Shown here one piece after another: positions 51,251 to 64,000 of a DNA stretch of 64,000 bases. Each line of letters starts with the position of its first letter. The first letter of the stretch is position 1. Below the pieces are notes generated by a model, which ran no database searches, was not told the DNA's origin, and saw only the letters and a program-made list of their open reading frames with translations. Source of the stretch: Tubiluchus corallicola (lineage: Eukaryota; Animalia; Priapulida). A program made the translations under genes and the position numbers. The stretch lies in contig JAQGDQ010000323.1 in the NCBI GenBank assembly GCA_030141605.1, positions 1-64,000 of the forward strand, in the 5' to 3' direction.

Positions 51251-52914
51251 CTGAAAAAAAAGAATAAAAATCTCAGAATTTACAAAGGTACCAGTGCTAC
51301 CACAACCATTCACCATCAAAAGGTCTTGTTGTGGAGTACTGACTTTGTCAACAGACTACTCTAACTTAGTGATTTTGTTATTTTTTACAATCTTCCTAAT
51401 CTGCTAGACGAGGTTGAATGTGTTTATGGTTAAAAGATCGATAATTTAACTTCAAGTAGGTCTGACTTTTTTGGGACACCTGGTATTTTGTCTTCTGTAG
51501 AGTTGGCAAAACGACAGGTAGTTGCGACTTAGCTAAAAGTTGGCAAGCAACCTTGAAGTAAACTGAGTGGACTCACTGATAGATGGATCAGTGGATGGTG
51601 CATGTGACGGAGATGGCTGGATGGTTACATTGAAGGGAGCATGGATGGTGGCTTGATTGAAAGGGATGGAACGATAGACGATGTGACGGAAATGGATGAA
51701 AGGAAATGGATGATAGTGGCTGTGGTGGAAATAGATGGAAAGGCGATGGTTGTGACTGATATGGATGGTGTTGGCGTTAATACTGGACGGATATATGGCG
51801 GTTGTGATGGAAGTGGACGATGATGGTCGTGGTTTTGGATGGATATACTGATAGATGAATGCATAAGAGGATGTTTTTACGAAGTTATTGCTAAGAAACC
51901 CGTCTACTGGCACAGAGTTAATTCCTATAGAAAAACAGCATTGTCTCTACAGGACTGTGACCACAAGATGACCAAGTGTTTACTTTTATAATGGTATCCG
52001 AAGTCCCTTATTCAGAGCACAACAATAATAAATCAATGTCAACCTCTTCTATGCACAAGGCATATCCTACCTATCACCCACCTAAGTTTGCCTTGGAAAG
52101 GCTCTGCTTAACTATGATATATGATACCCTTGCTCAATGTCACTTAATCCCCCAACCACATGAATCACTGAGAAATATTAAAACACCGAAAATCCATTAA
52201 AATATTCAGCAGAACGAACCAGAAAAACATAAATTGATCTAAATTACCTCGCGTGGTTTTAATGGCAGTTTGAACGCAAGAAGCCGCCTCAATTAGTTAC
52301 ATAGCTAATATAATTAGATGGTGAGACGTGGCAGGAGGTGGTGGCAGACCTTAAGGGGGTGTCCAGAACCATACTTTCAAAAATATTATTAAATTTGCTA
52401 CTTAATAACACTTCAACGACATCAAAACCTTTTAAGCATGGAACATTTTCCGCTAGTCAAAAAACAATCTAAAAACAGAGGTGGCAAAAGTGATGGCCCT
52501 CAGCTGCTGTTTTCATCTCGCCCTCCTAATTTCGCGTAAGATCTACCCCGATTGAGAATCCAAGGTTGGTTTAATTTCAATGCATGGTAGTAAATTTCCG
52601 CAAAGGTTTATGTAGACAGTAAAACCATCATAGAGGCATAAAAACTCAATTTAATCAGTCTGAACTTTACACGGAAAATCTTTTACTTCTCCAAGTTTTT
52701 AATGCATAACAATAATTCATGAAAGGTGCGACATCTAGCGAAAAACTTGAAGAATTATGTTGAAAATAAAATGCAAGAAAGCTATTAGAACTTCGCGAGA
52801 AAAAATTTGCTACATGCCCAGGAAAGTTTTGTATAAGACATCGTAATGAATGCTCAGGTAGTCGCAGCTACATCAGTGATGCAATGAGTACCTCGGTATT
52901 AAGAATAGGAAAAA

Positions 52915-53220
52915 TGTATGGAATATCACTACTTCTATGGATGATCACTATTTCTATGGAAATCACTACTTCTATAAAAGATCACCGCTTCTATGAAAGA
53001 ATTCTACATCTAAGGAAGATCATTTCTTCTATGGAAGACTCCTATTTATATGGAAGTTCTATGGAAGACTCCTATTTATATGGAAGATCACTACTTCTAT
53101 GGCAGATCACTGCTTCTATAGAAGAGTTCTACTCCTAAGGAAGAGCATTACTTCTACGGAACATCACTACTTTTACGGAAGATCACTACTACTATGAAAG
53201 ACCTCTACTTCTATGGAAAA
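52915..53220. repeat. Degenerate 19-bp tandem array
   Basis: Consensus GAAGATCACTACTTCTATG. Confidence 0.8.
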
Positions 53221-54049
53221 TGCGCCCAAGAAGACTCCTCACTGGCTCCTAGACACAGATGGTTCTCGTTTTCTGGCGCTTCTGACAGTCTCTCCCTGGA
53301 CAACGGTAGATGTAAAACAGCCTTTCCCTCTGACTTCTTATCTGTGGAATTCTGTACCAACAATTGTTTCCCCGAAATCTACAACTTCGCTCAATTCAAG
53401 AAGAAAAATCAATTGATATTTCTTATCACTATGCTGCAAAGTTCATAATGTAAGCCATTAATTTTCCCAAACTAAAATGTGAAACTTTACAGCAAATTAA
53501 ACATCTAATGACATTTTTGAAAAGCATGACAATTGAGGCTTTTTGGTGGAATCGAAATCAGCCAATAAATCGGAATCAGTAAAAATTTTGGTCCCATCAC
53601 CAGATACTGTAAATACGCACGTTAAACAGGTGGTTCTCAAGCAGTCTCTTACAGCACCCTGGGTGCTCTGTTAGCTTTACATACAGTTTAGTGGTGCCAT
53701 AAGTTTTACCAGTAATTTACCGGGTCCTGATTGTCTCTATGTCATATAATAACGTTCCATTGAACAAAATTTTAACTATCAGGGTATCACTAAAGAGCAG
53801 TATTAAAAAGTACTCCAACCCTCATCTACAGGATTTGTGTTACTAACTCGCGAAGTGACACTACAAAGAGGTCTGTTTCACCCTTGTTTTCATTCTCGGT
53901 GTTGTTGTTAAGTAATAAGTTTTTACCAGTTTTTAATATCATAATGCCGCACTAGAGTTACTTAGTATTTTAAATTTTAATGAAAAAATAGACCCACGAC
54001 AATGGATCTAAGTTGCATATTTACGAAAAAACACACTCCACAACAATAA

Positions 54050-54628
54050 GCTTTTTCACAGTTTCCCTGTGCGTACGCACAGTTGCTGTAGGTCAAAGGT
54101 AAAGTGTACAACAGCAACACAATCGCCACGTGACGTGTGGGTAAAGCAAAGCCGTTTGTCACACCAGTTTAGTAACTTCAGTTGTTTTACGTGGCCTTTT
54201 ATTTAATTGATCATTAGTCTGTTCGTAGAGTGATTTACTAGCAGAATCTTGAAAACTATTACTATTACAATAGCATGGGCTGTGAGGCGTTGTCAAGCGT
54301 ACACAAATGCATTGTCTGGTACACTTAACCTTTGACCTTTTCATGATCATCGTCAATCGCTGGAACTGTGGAAAGGTTTATTGATTTGTGCTACCCGAAT
54401 ATTAGTATCTAAATGGGCATCAAAACATTATTACTAAAGTTTTTGTTTTTGATATTGCAGCCTGTTTGTTTTTCGTTTTTATTTTCAGGTAATGATAATT
54501 GCAGGCCAAAATGACGTACTTGGGTACTGTCAAGGCAATGGCAAGTGTACACAAATGCGTTGTCTGGTACACTTAACCTTTGACCTTTTCACGATCATCA
54601 TCAATCGCTGGAACTGTTAAAAAAGGCC
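54050..54628 (-). mobile_element. MITE family A, copy 4 (54050-54377) plus a partial copy (about 54530-54628)
   Basis: TAA-GCTTTTTCACAGT...ACTGTGGAAAGGT-TTA; shared body in reverse orientation. Confidence 0.8.
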
Positions 54629-57329
54629 TATGGCAATCGGTGTTCTAAATGAAATATTCAGGCAGTTGGGAAGAACTCAGTAACCAACTGCCCCACATTA
54701 TGGGCTAGTTCACACAGATGTTATTTTTTGCATACTTGCTACTAATACACAAATTTATCATTACTACACGGATATAGTATAGACATTCTTTTCAGCAAAT
54801 GATTTTTTTACGTTTGTACAGAAAATGAGCCCGACTTTTGTCAGTTTAAAAAGATTCACTTTAGACGGCTCATGTCTGGATAGGAAATGTTTTTAATCTG
54901 GATACAAATTGCTTAAAGTACACAAATTGTTATGTTTAAGCAATGATATCAAGTATAATTACAATGGATGGTTATCGTTACAGATACAAAAACATTTCTA
55001 TAGCAGACAAAAAAGTGTTTAAAGTACAAGAAAACTTATCAGTTACATGAAGATATAAAATTTTTATATCACTTACATGCTGTATTATTGCACACAGGGC
55101 TTGCGTTAGCAGTAACTCTTTTAAAACTTGTTTAAAGTTCCACGATGATGCAGCCATTTTAATGATAAGTCGTTTGAAACAAATTTAGGTAACATTCGTA
55201 AAGTTTGAAAAAATAATCAGAGCATTCGAAGCACACTCTTTGTTAACTAAGCAAAAGTTTAAATTACTGTGTTCTTGTCAATAAGATTACATATAGGTTT
55301 TATAGGTTTTCTGATGAGTCAGTGGTGCACACTGAGAATATGAGTCAATGGCATTTTACTAATTGGCGTGAATACTCTGAATAATTAAGAATTTGATTTT
55401 CTAGTTAATTAAGGCTGTCAAGCTGGTACAAATAGTGCAAAATAACATAATTTTGTAGGGAAAAGTTTTCGGCGCATACTTTAAAATTTCTTGTTCGTCT
55501 CCTTTAAAGCTAGAAGTCTTATATAAATGATTTAAAATGAAATCCTTAGGCATATAAATGTTTATGCATATAATTATTTTCACTAAATTGATATGTAGTG
55601 AAACCAGTGGGCAGAAATCAAAATCACAAGTCTTTAAACTGTGCGCTTTTCTTTCTTTATAATGCACAGCTCGTTACAAATTAAGTGCTTGTGGTGTGCT
55701 AGTAAATTTAATTGAATGGCATGTCGCAGCGAGGCATGATCAAAAAGCAAAAACTAATACAAGTGGAATCTTCTTACAAATGTGGATATAACGTAAAGGA
55801 AAGGTTAAGCCGTCTGAGAGGTTTGGCTTATTTCCATGTTCGCGAAGAATGTTAGGAATGTTATTAAAAATGTTATTAATAAAAGTGTGATAAGCGACTC
55901 GTGTAATTAAAAAATCACTGTATTAATGTATGATCATTTCACGCTTGAACGTCCCCATATTGAATGCTAATCTTCCACCAATGACGTCGTTCATCGGCTA
56001 AAGAAAAGCTGCACACTGTCAATTTCCGTCAAAAATACAACAAGTTTTTACAAAAAATCAGATAGCTAATTTTGTGAAACTTAGGTATGAACGTTAGGTA
56101 AGCTGCAGAAGTTTGAATTAGTTTAAGCAGTTTAAGATCATGCTAATCCTATTTTACTATGCTTATTCATTTTTAATAATACGTATGAAGGAAATAATAT
56201 AAATAAATAAATAAATAAATTAATTAATTAATATACTTTAAACATAAAATGATGATTAAAGCTGTAAAAAGAGTCCAATTTTGAAGGCAAGGAGAACTTC
56301 TGAACAGCCAATTGATACGGCATGTGCATGACGACCGAAGTTAAGCCATGCTCAGCAAATGATCTGTGACAGCCAGCGTTCAATGCTCGCTCTGGGTGGT
56401 TTCATTCAACATACTGGATTACTGATTGTGTTTATCTCACCTTATTGAGAGAGGCCACATTTATATTTACATGTAATCTAGATAATTGTTCTTGTTGTTT
56501 TATAAGTTTTAGTCTTGCCATAAACATCACATCGAGTAAACTTTGCTAGATTCTGGCTTGTAGCACATGCTAAATTGTGTAAAAAAATCAGCCAACCAAC
56601 AAAAAATAGCCACGAGGGTCATCTTTATTTCAGCTCGTTGACACTGGTCTTAAACCATAAAAATATAAGGGCTATTAAAAAACTAATTTTAAAAAACATA
56701 AACTTACAATTCATAAAAACTAAAAAGAGAAGGAAGTTAAAATATTTACAAAAAACACATACATTAGATATACATTAAAATTTCATTCCAATGGGCGAAA
56801 ATTTTGGAGCTTATAAAAATATCATTATTGTAAATTACGTGTTCGCAGAAACGATTAGAAGAGTTTAAAACATGGCTTCTAAGATTATATGTGTATTTAC
56901 TACACAGATTGCAGAAGCTCGTGTACCATATCTATATTTAAAAAAAATTTACGATACCTGTGTAGTATCCAGACTTTAGACTTTTGCTGTATAAGGAATA
57001 TTTAGTTCAGAGATTACAACAAAAAAATGATGAACAATATGACTTAAATAGCACACGTTTTATATTCGTAATGAGAAAAATGTCTTACAAGGGTATTTGC
57101 TCTGACATAAGATAAGCTTGCGGAAGTTGATTAAGAATATCATCGTCATCTTTTCCATTATCTGACAATATGTGACATAGAAGCTTAACAATTGTTACTA
57201 ATTTTCTTGCTACATAGCATGACATCACCCGTTTCTTCTTCTGTTGCAGTAAGCATCTATTGTAGACACACAGGCTCCATCTTTTATTAGAGCATTATAC
57301 TGTTTTCCGTCTGCAGTTAAAATTTTCAA

Positions 57330-57725
57330 TTCCTGTAATGCTATTGTTAAGTTTGGTTTCAGCAGTTGCAAATGTTTTATTAATTCTTGATATCCACGTT
57401 GTTTTGGTTTGCTTGTAGGTCATTTAGTAGGTTTCAGTGACTTGTTTAATGCTAATCTTACTGGTGTTGTTTCAGAGAATCTCTGAAAATGCCCTACCCA
57501 TCTTAAGCTTCTGATTCTAGTGCTTCAAGTTCTTCTTTGGTTCTATTATACAGCTGCTCATTTGAAATGATATATGGCCATTTTATTTTTAAGACTTTTC
57601 TGAATAGACCTCTGCGAAACAGATCTAATTCCGCTTTCAGCGCTGTAGTCAAACCCCACATTTCTTTATTGTACACGAAGATACTAGCTACATCGGCGCT
57701 GAAGAGTCACAGCCTTGTTTTAAGG
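57330..57725 (-). mobile_element. Degenerate LINE (RTE-like) ORF C-terminal fragment
   Basis: LKTRL*LFSADVASIFVYNKEMWGLTTALKAELDLFRRGLFRKVLKIKWPYIISNEQLYNRT resembles the post-RT region K.RLF...V.S.L.Y..E.W...LR.IL.I.W...ISNE. Confidence 0.75.
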
Positions 57726-59270
57726 TACAGTTTCTGCTGCTGGTTAGAACTGATGAAACTAAACTACTCGAAGATCCCAGGCCGATCATGTTTTCCAACT
57801 TCTTTTAGTGCGGAAATAAAACGAGTTGAATCGACGTTGCAATAACGTGTCACTTTGTCCCGATGCGCGTATCAAAGGAAAAACAAAATTTAACGAGTTG
57901 CTTAATAGCTAGCTCTGAACAATGAACATGGCAACTTTCAGAAATATCCCGACGCTGACAGTGGCGCATCTAGGGGGGGGGTAGGAGTGGATTCGTAGAT
58001 TACACAAGAAGATACCCGCGCGATCATTGACCGATGACCATATAATCGTTCCTATCTCCAGCCCAAATTTAATTGCTAATCCATAGTTGTTCGATAGAAC
58101 CTCACGAATATGCTAAAACTGGTGTTACATTCATAATAATAGTAAAAACTACTGAAAAATTTTTAAAGACTTCAGCGAACATGCGAATGTATGGAGTTAA
58201 TCTAGTTGCTAGGGTTGTCAACTCGTCACAAATCGAAATTAGGAGTCAAGAACCAACTAGGCAGACTGCCGGAAGTGCTGCAAACCAACGCATTTCCTGA
58301 ATATTCAGCGTAGTATGAAGCCTTTTGCGGAAACAAAAATTAAGAAATTAAACCACAAACTAGTATAAATTTCTTGATTATAGATGCTAAAAAGGCTTTA
58401 AAAGTCTAAAACCTACAAAAGTGCAAATTTATGTCTATTTTTGAAGTTCCTTCACAGCCCCAATACATTTCTCACATAATGAGGTTTATGGAAATAAGTT
58501 TTCAGCGACCAAATTATTCAGAACGTTGTGTTAGGTGAATTTACGTTAAATCTTCTCTTCCATGACTTTCTTTTATTAAAATTTGTAAAACGAAATGGGC
58601 TCAGGCAAAGTGTGCAAATGTTCGAAGATTACTTGCGTTGCAACTTGCTGCTGCACTAAAAACTGGCCAAAAAGTAAACGGCCCGAGACGGGGTGATAAG
58701 ATGAAGCTTTACAACAGAATTAAACTTAATTTAACAGTTTTCTGTTATTTTAACAGAGATACCGCTGTTTTTAGCTTAACCTTACGCAACGTTTCAAGTG
58801 GTATTTCGGTGTTTTTTTACTTAAATTCAACATGATGGTCGAAATCAGGAATTGCTTGACGTGGATAATTTTGTTGCGGACATTTTTGGAGAAAAATCAG
58901 ATACCCGAGCAAAAAATATGAACAGCGAAGAACTTTCTTAAATAATTGTTAGAATATAACTGCAGATTTTTGCTGTTAGGTATGCAGTTCAACCACAGAC
59001 AGAAGACGTCAATTATCTATGACGTCAATCTTCAACTGCAGAGGTCTCACGATACCATTACCATTCGTTGGCTGCATCGCAGTGCAATAATCGTCATTCG
59101 TTGGACGCCGGCGCTCGAATGTAAAGAAATCTTTTAAGAGGACGACAAGAAAAGACCCGGTAATCGATTTCCTGTCAACTCTAGCTGGATGATAAGGACT
59201 ATTTTCATAAACACCATCGCAATTAATCACGAACAGCAAGAAAATGAAGTGAGGGCTAAGAAAAGTGCGA

Positions 59271-59297
59271 GTCACGTGACCGCCGTAGTCATGTGAC
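59271..59297. promoter_or_regulatory. Paired bHLH-ZIP sites (CLEAR-type GTCACGTGAC and M-box-type GTCATGTGAC)
   Basis: GTCACGTGAC at 59271-59280 and GTCATGTGAC at 59288-59297. Confidence 0.35.
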
Positions 59298-59537
59298 CAG
59301 ACAAGCTGTTGTTGGGTTGGGGAGCCTCTGGTAAATCTGTAAAATCTTATACACTTGTTTCACAGCCAATGTCGTAAATTTTATTTATTTTAATGACAGT
59401 TACGCAAGTTTAGTTAACAAGAATAGTGATAGTTGTCAAAGTAGTACCATAGTTAAAACAAAAAGCACGTTTCAAATGTTGAATTTGGTTGACTGCTTAC
59501 ATGGATGAACTTTGGAATGGCTTGACAAGTAGGAGAT

Positions 59538-59660
59538 ACGGTGGCCTAGTGGTTAAGGCGTTTGCAAAGCAAGCATAAGGTCCCAGGTTCAAGTCCAGAC
59601 TGCATCATAATTTTTCACTTCATAAAAAATGCAGTATTTAATTAATTGTGGTCTGCATTC
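59538..59660 (+). mobile_element. tRNA-derived repeat copy
   Basis: GGTGGCCTAGTGGTTAAGGC...GGTTCAAGTCC plus a partial family tail. Confidence 0.7.
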
Positions 59661-60223
59661 TGCAAAACATCATTTTGACATTTAGCCCACCAAATGCTTA
59701 CGTTGGTTTTGCTATTACACGTAGTTTTGCTCTTGCTTGCGCGTGATTTTACCCTTGCGAAAGAAGCCATAAATTGACCTACTAGTTATAAACTAGTCCA
59801 ATCTTCCCAGAGCATTCAACAGAAATATTTATCACTAAACAGGGAATTGGTAATCTAAATAGTTGTCTCGTGATGATGTGCAAGTCCATCCAGCGTACAA
59901 TGGGACGCAGCCTCAAGCCGAGTGCAAAGAAATACCAAAGTTCATCCTGCTTGTCTTATTGATCCAGCACAATTGCCAGATTTCTCTGCTTAACAGCCGT
60001 GCAGCGAGATTCTATGCATGATTGCTTCGAAGCCAAGTCCGCAAAGAGAGAAAACTGCTGTCATGTAAAAAGCGTCGGGCTTCAGCAGAGGGAATAGGTC
60101 CCAGAATCCTCTAGTTTAAATGAAAGGCCAAGCCTTCTAGGAAATTAGACTTTCTTCAGTGTTCGCGAAAAAGGTCAGAAGGATTAAGGGAAGGAGTTTA
60201 CATTTGCCCACACAATTTAAATA

Positions 60224-60380
60224 CCCTAACCCTAATTCTAGCCCTAGCCCTAACTCTAATATTGACCCTACCCTAATCCTAACTCTAACTCCAACCCTAA
60301 TCCAAACCCTAAACCTAACCCTAACCCTAACTCTAGCCCCAACTCTAACTCTAACCTTAAACCTAATCCTAACCATAACA
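60224..60380. repeat. Degenerate telomere-like (CCCTAA)n block
   Basis: About 25 CCCTAA/CTCTAA/CCCTAG hexamers. Confidence 0.8.
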
Positions 60381-61451
60381 CTAATCAGCTAAACGAACTA
60401 ATTTCTTGTGTGTGGGAATTGTAAACTTTAGTCGGATTTAGTAAGTGTGATAAAACGCCTCGCGTAATTGGTAAAATCACTTTCACGATCATTTCATGCT
60501 CGGATGCTCCTATTTTGAACGCTCATTCTTCCACCAATGACGTCGTTGATCGACCGAAGAAAAGCAGCGGACTGTAAATTTCCCTTATAAGTTTTACAAA
60601 AAAAATTGGGATATTTTTGCTTGAACATTAGTCTGAGCATGGCGCGGTTACAGAAAGCAACGATGCGCTTACGAAAAGCGAGGATGCACTTACGAACCGC
60701 ACCTGAAAATTTCTATACAGCACCTCGGAAATGTGTTGTACAAAAACAGGCGCTGTACCACTCAGTTCAGATGTGTTCAGTTGTGACGCAGCGCACACGT
60801 TCGAAAGCTTACTTGTGAACACAGCGATAAACTTGAAATTTGTTTTAAATCCCCAAAATTCTCAATCACAAGCATTGGAATATTGAGAAAAGCAAATGTA
60901 TTCTCGTTTTTTTTGTAGTACGACGAGAATGTACGGCAACGTGGAAGAGATACGGCAACAGTGGATGTGGAAAACGCAAAACGTGTAAAACATAAAGCAG
61001 ATTAAAAAATAGTCAATGAAGTCAGCTAGTATGGTGTCATATAAAATGCAGTCTCCTGACAAAACAACGTTGGGTGTAACACGTCTGCTGTATCTTCCGC
61101 ATGTTATACTGCGTCTGATTTCAGATGCACGTGTACGCGCCTTTACGTGAACAGAACTTTACGAAATTTTGCCAATGCTATACAAGCATTCCCTCATGCA
61201 CTCAGCTCCTCTGATACACAAGCGCATAAAATGGTATTATCAGCTCATTGGCAGGCCTTGTGAGATGAGAAAGTAGTTTATCTGGATTTTGCAAGTCGAC
61301 GGCCGAAATTCAAATCAGCTTACGCCAGCTAATGCTAATGCAAAATCAAAGGCATGAAATGCGCAATGAATTTTCAAAATTTTATTAAGATAAATCATTG
61401 TTTGACAGGAAAGGAATAGAGAGATGTGAGAGGCGGAAATGGTTTATGTAA

Positions 61452-61564
61452 AAGAGAGAGAAAGAGAAAGACAGAGAGTGTATGTGTGAGAGAAAAAAAA
61501 GGGAGAGATAGACAGAGAGAAAAAGAGATAGGAAGAGAAAGAGAGGGGGAGAGGAGTGGAGAGG

Positions 61565-61622
<58 letters not shown>
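61452..61622. repeat. (GA)n microsatellite
   Basis: Direct inspection. Confidence 0.93.
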
Positions 61623-61624
<2 letters not shown>

Positions 61625-62259
61625 AGCAAAAATGTATGAAATGCAGTTTTACCACATTTAGGCGGAGAAGCCATGCCAGCTAGTCTAATCGAGGCGGCGA
61701 GGCTTTGATCATCAGCTGAAACAGCGCAAGAAAAAACAACTTCAGCGCATGGGAAACAGCAGATGAATGTGACAGCTTCCAACGTGGCTTGTAATTAAAT
61801 TTCTTGCGATTTGCCAAACACCATTCCAATTAGATTTTAAAAAGGGTAATAAAAGAAGCCAGACTGTCATCCAACTAGCAGTGGTAAACGAAACTTTAAA
61901 CCACAGGAGTCAAAGTTAAGCTTTGAAAGTGTAACTCAAGAAGCTAGGTTAGTAGCTAAACATATAAGTCAAAGCATATAAAGCTGGCTTATCGGCCATC
62001 AAATGGGCTAGAAAAAAACTTTGAACGTAGAAGACCAAAGAACACTCCAATTCCACAAGTGCACACTGTACATTAACCCTCAAAATTGTAACTGAAGGAG
62101 AGGCCACGTTAGTAGGTAAACCTGTACAGTAAAGTAAGCTATAAAGGATGACATAAAAACCTGTCTTTAAGTTCTGTGGTCATACCCTAGTTAATATCGC
62201 TAAGCAACAAGTTGAAAAAAAACTGCTTCAAAAGCCTTTATATGATACAATCATATAGT

Positions 62260-62294
62260 ATCAAAGGCGTTTCAACGATCTTCATCAGTTTGAT
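62260..62294 (-). ncRNA. Minimal type I hammerhead ribozyme motif (Penelope-type); cleavage triplet GCC instead of GUC
   Basis: ATCAAA-CTGATGA-AGATCGTT-GAAAC-GCC-TTTGAT: perfect 6-bp stem I around the CUGAUGA/GAAA core. Confidence 0.55.
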
Positions 62295-62424
62295 GGAACA
62301 TGAATATTAAAAAGATGTTTCGACAAAATTTATCTGTTTGACGGAACACAAAAAATGGGGAATTTGAATTAAGTGACAATTAATTTTTAGAACATCTGTT
62401 AAATTCCTTACGTATTTGTGTTCC

Positions 62425-62459
62425 ATTAAACTAATGAAGGTTGTTGAAACGTCTTTGAT
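62425..62459 (+). ncRNA. Second, inverted minimal hammerhead motif (core CTAATGA, G5A)
   Basis: ATTAAA-CTAATGA-AGGTTGTT-GAAAC-GTC-TTTGAT; palindromic stem III ACGT. Confidence 0.5.
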
Positions 62460-64000
62460 AATACATTATTGTATAAAATAGTTTTTCTTTAATTTGCTTA
62501 CGGTTTAGAATCAATTAATGTACAGCAAATTAACATTGGCAGAGAAACACTATAACGGGCGGTCAATTTCACTACTTTAGTGTACTGTAATCTTTAAAAG
62601 TGTAACAAGAAAGCACTTTTCTTATATAAAATTTAAAAAAAATTCATCTGGAAATTTTATATCAACTATATCATATGCTGTCTTGTTGCATACAGAGCTT
62701 GCGTTAACAGTATCGCTGTATAAAACTCGTAACTTTAAACTCGTAGCATACTCCAGGCTAAGGAAGCGTTTAAATTACTTTATATTGTCAATAAGATTAC
62801 AAAAACGCTTTTGGTTAGTCAGTGGTGCACACTGGGAAGGTGATTCAGTGACGTTTTACCAACTGGCACGAACATTTTAAATTACTAGGAATTTTCTTTT
62901 CGAGTTACAGAAGTCTTTCAAGTAAGTAACTGTAAGCGTAACATTAAGTAATATAACTTTGTATGGAAAGTTCGTTGGGACATGCTTCAAAGTTGCCTTT
63001 TCTTCCTCCTCAAGAAGCCAAGTTAGTATCTAAACATGTACATTAACTTGAACTTTTTAAAAGATGACATCAAAACCTGACTAAAATCGCCGAATTAGCA
63101 GCCAAAAAAGCTTTTCAAGTATGATACTAAAAAGTGGCGGGTTTCCCAAGTGTTGTGAGTACACGAATTATCAAAAGTATAACTGTAGAAGCCGGATTAG
63201 TACCTGTACCCGGGTGACACAAAAAAGGTGAATTGCAAACACCACCATTCTGCCCATCATATCAGTGCCCATCATATCAGATAAAAAGTTCCAATAACAA
63301 GATGACTAAGTGGGAATGCTACTCACTACTTTCTGCGCTTGCTGCTATTTACACGCGTATGTGACAGCCTCAAATTTTTTTCGACATTCGAAGACAGGAC
63401 CGTTTTTTAACTAAACTTCACACCAAGAATGCTTCGAATTCAAAATAAATGTGCTGAACTAGCAGAGGAGAGGAAGTCCGTGCCTCTGATTTATTGCTAT
63501 TCCTAAGGCAGTTTACTGCACGTGACACCAGCGTTGAAAACAGACGCTGTTAACACAGCAGCCAATAGTCAATACTTGCTGCCATGTACATCATGACTAG
63601 AGCTGCCCTTACTTTAGACTCATTTTATTAGCCGGGCGAGCTATAATTTGTGCACAATCGACCTGGAAAGCGGATCTGCCTTCTGGTCCTTCGTGTTTAG
63701 GCCCAGAAAACGGACCAGCATCCATCCCCACACCTTTAGAATGGATCTGCCCTATCAAATACTAGCTCTTCCCAGCTCACAAAACGATCTACACCGCCGC
63801 AACCGTTCACTAGCTGGCTTACTCCTAATTCCGGGACCTGGATCTACCCCGATTTGCAGTTCCTTAGCATAACTGATCCCATTCCTATTTCATGATTTAT
63901 AAATGTTTCATCCCATACCCGCTTGGTTTAACAACAGACAAGCAGCAGAAATATAGAGCGCACGACAACCACTACGTGGCGCCGCATATGAAAGAAATGA

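Noticed and set aside
55311-55340. CTGATGA plus hairpin resembling a hammerhead
   Set aside because: No GAAA or closing stems I/III; other family B copies lack CTGATGA.
59740-60110. GC-elevated stretch as a possible hidden exon or gene
   Set aside because: Stops in all three minus-strand frames, no long plus-strand ORF in the track, and no recognisable motif.

Overview
AT-rich eukaryotic (animal, probably invertebrate) genomic DNA, not prokaryotic. Most of the window is one minus-strand, intron-rich gene for a class IIA phosphatidylinositol transfer protein (rdgB-alpha / PITPNM / Nir2-like). I reconstructed 22 coding exons by hand (51250 down to the stop at 12675). They total 3591 nt in one open frame, 1196 aa plus stop, with domain order PITP - FFAT - DDHD - LNS2. 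I did not find the first coding exon (about 26 aa, MLIKEY...YMIQ-like); it probably lies beyond 64000. A 3' UTR of about 3.7 kb probably ends near 8960. The introns hold many non-autonomous DNA transposons (Tc1/pogo-like with TA TSDs, a hAT with an 8-bp TSD, PIF/Harbinger-like MITEs), LINE fragments, tRNA-derived repeats and minisatellites. Main leads: an inverted pair of Penelope-type minimal hammerhead ribozyme motifs (62260-62459); a UGA-C stop with a structured 22-codon extension behind a C-terminal ETGV PDZ ligand; a GC-AG intron; a 45-nt candidate cassette exon; inverted MITEs bracketing exon blocks; a foldback element built from tRNA-like arms; and Tc1-like termini flanking a host exon. 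All calls were made by eye with no searches, and repeat boundaries are approximate.
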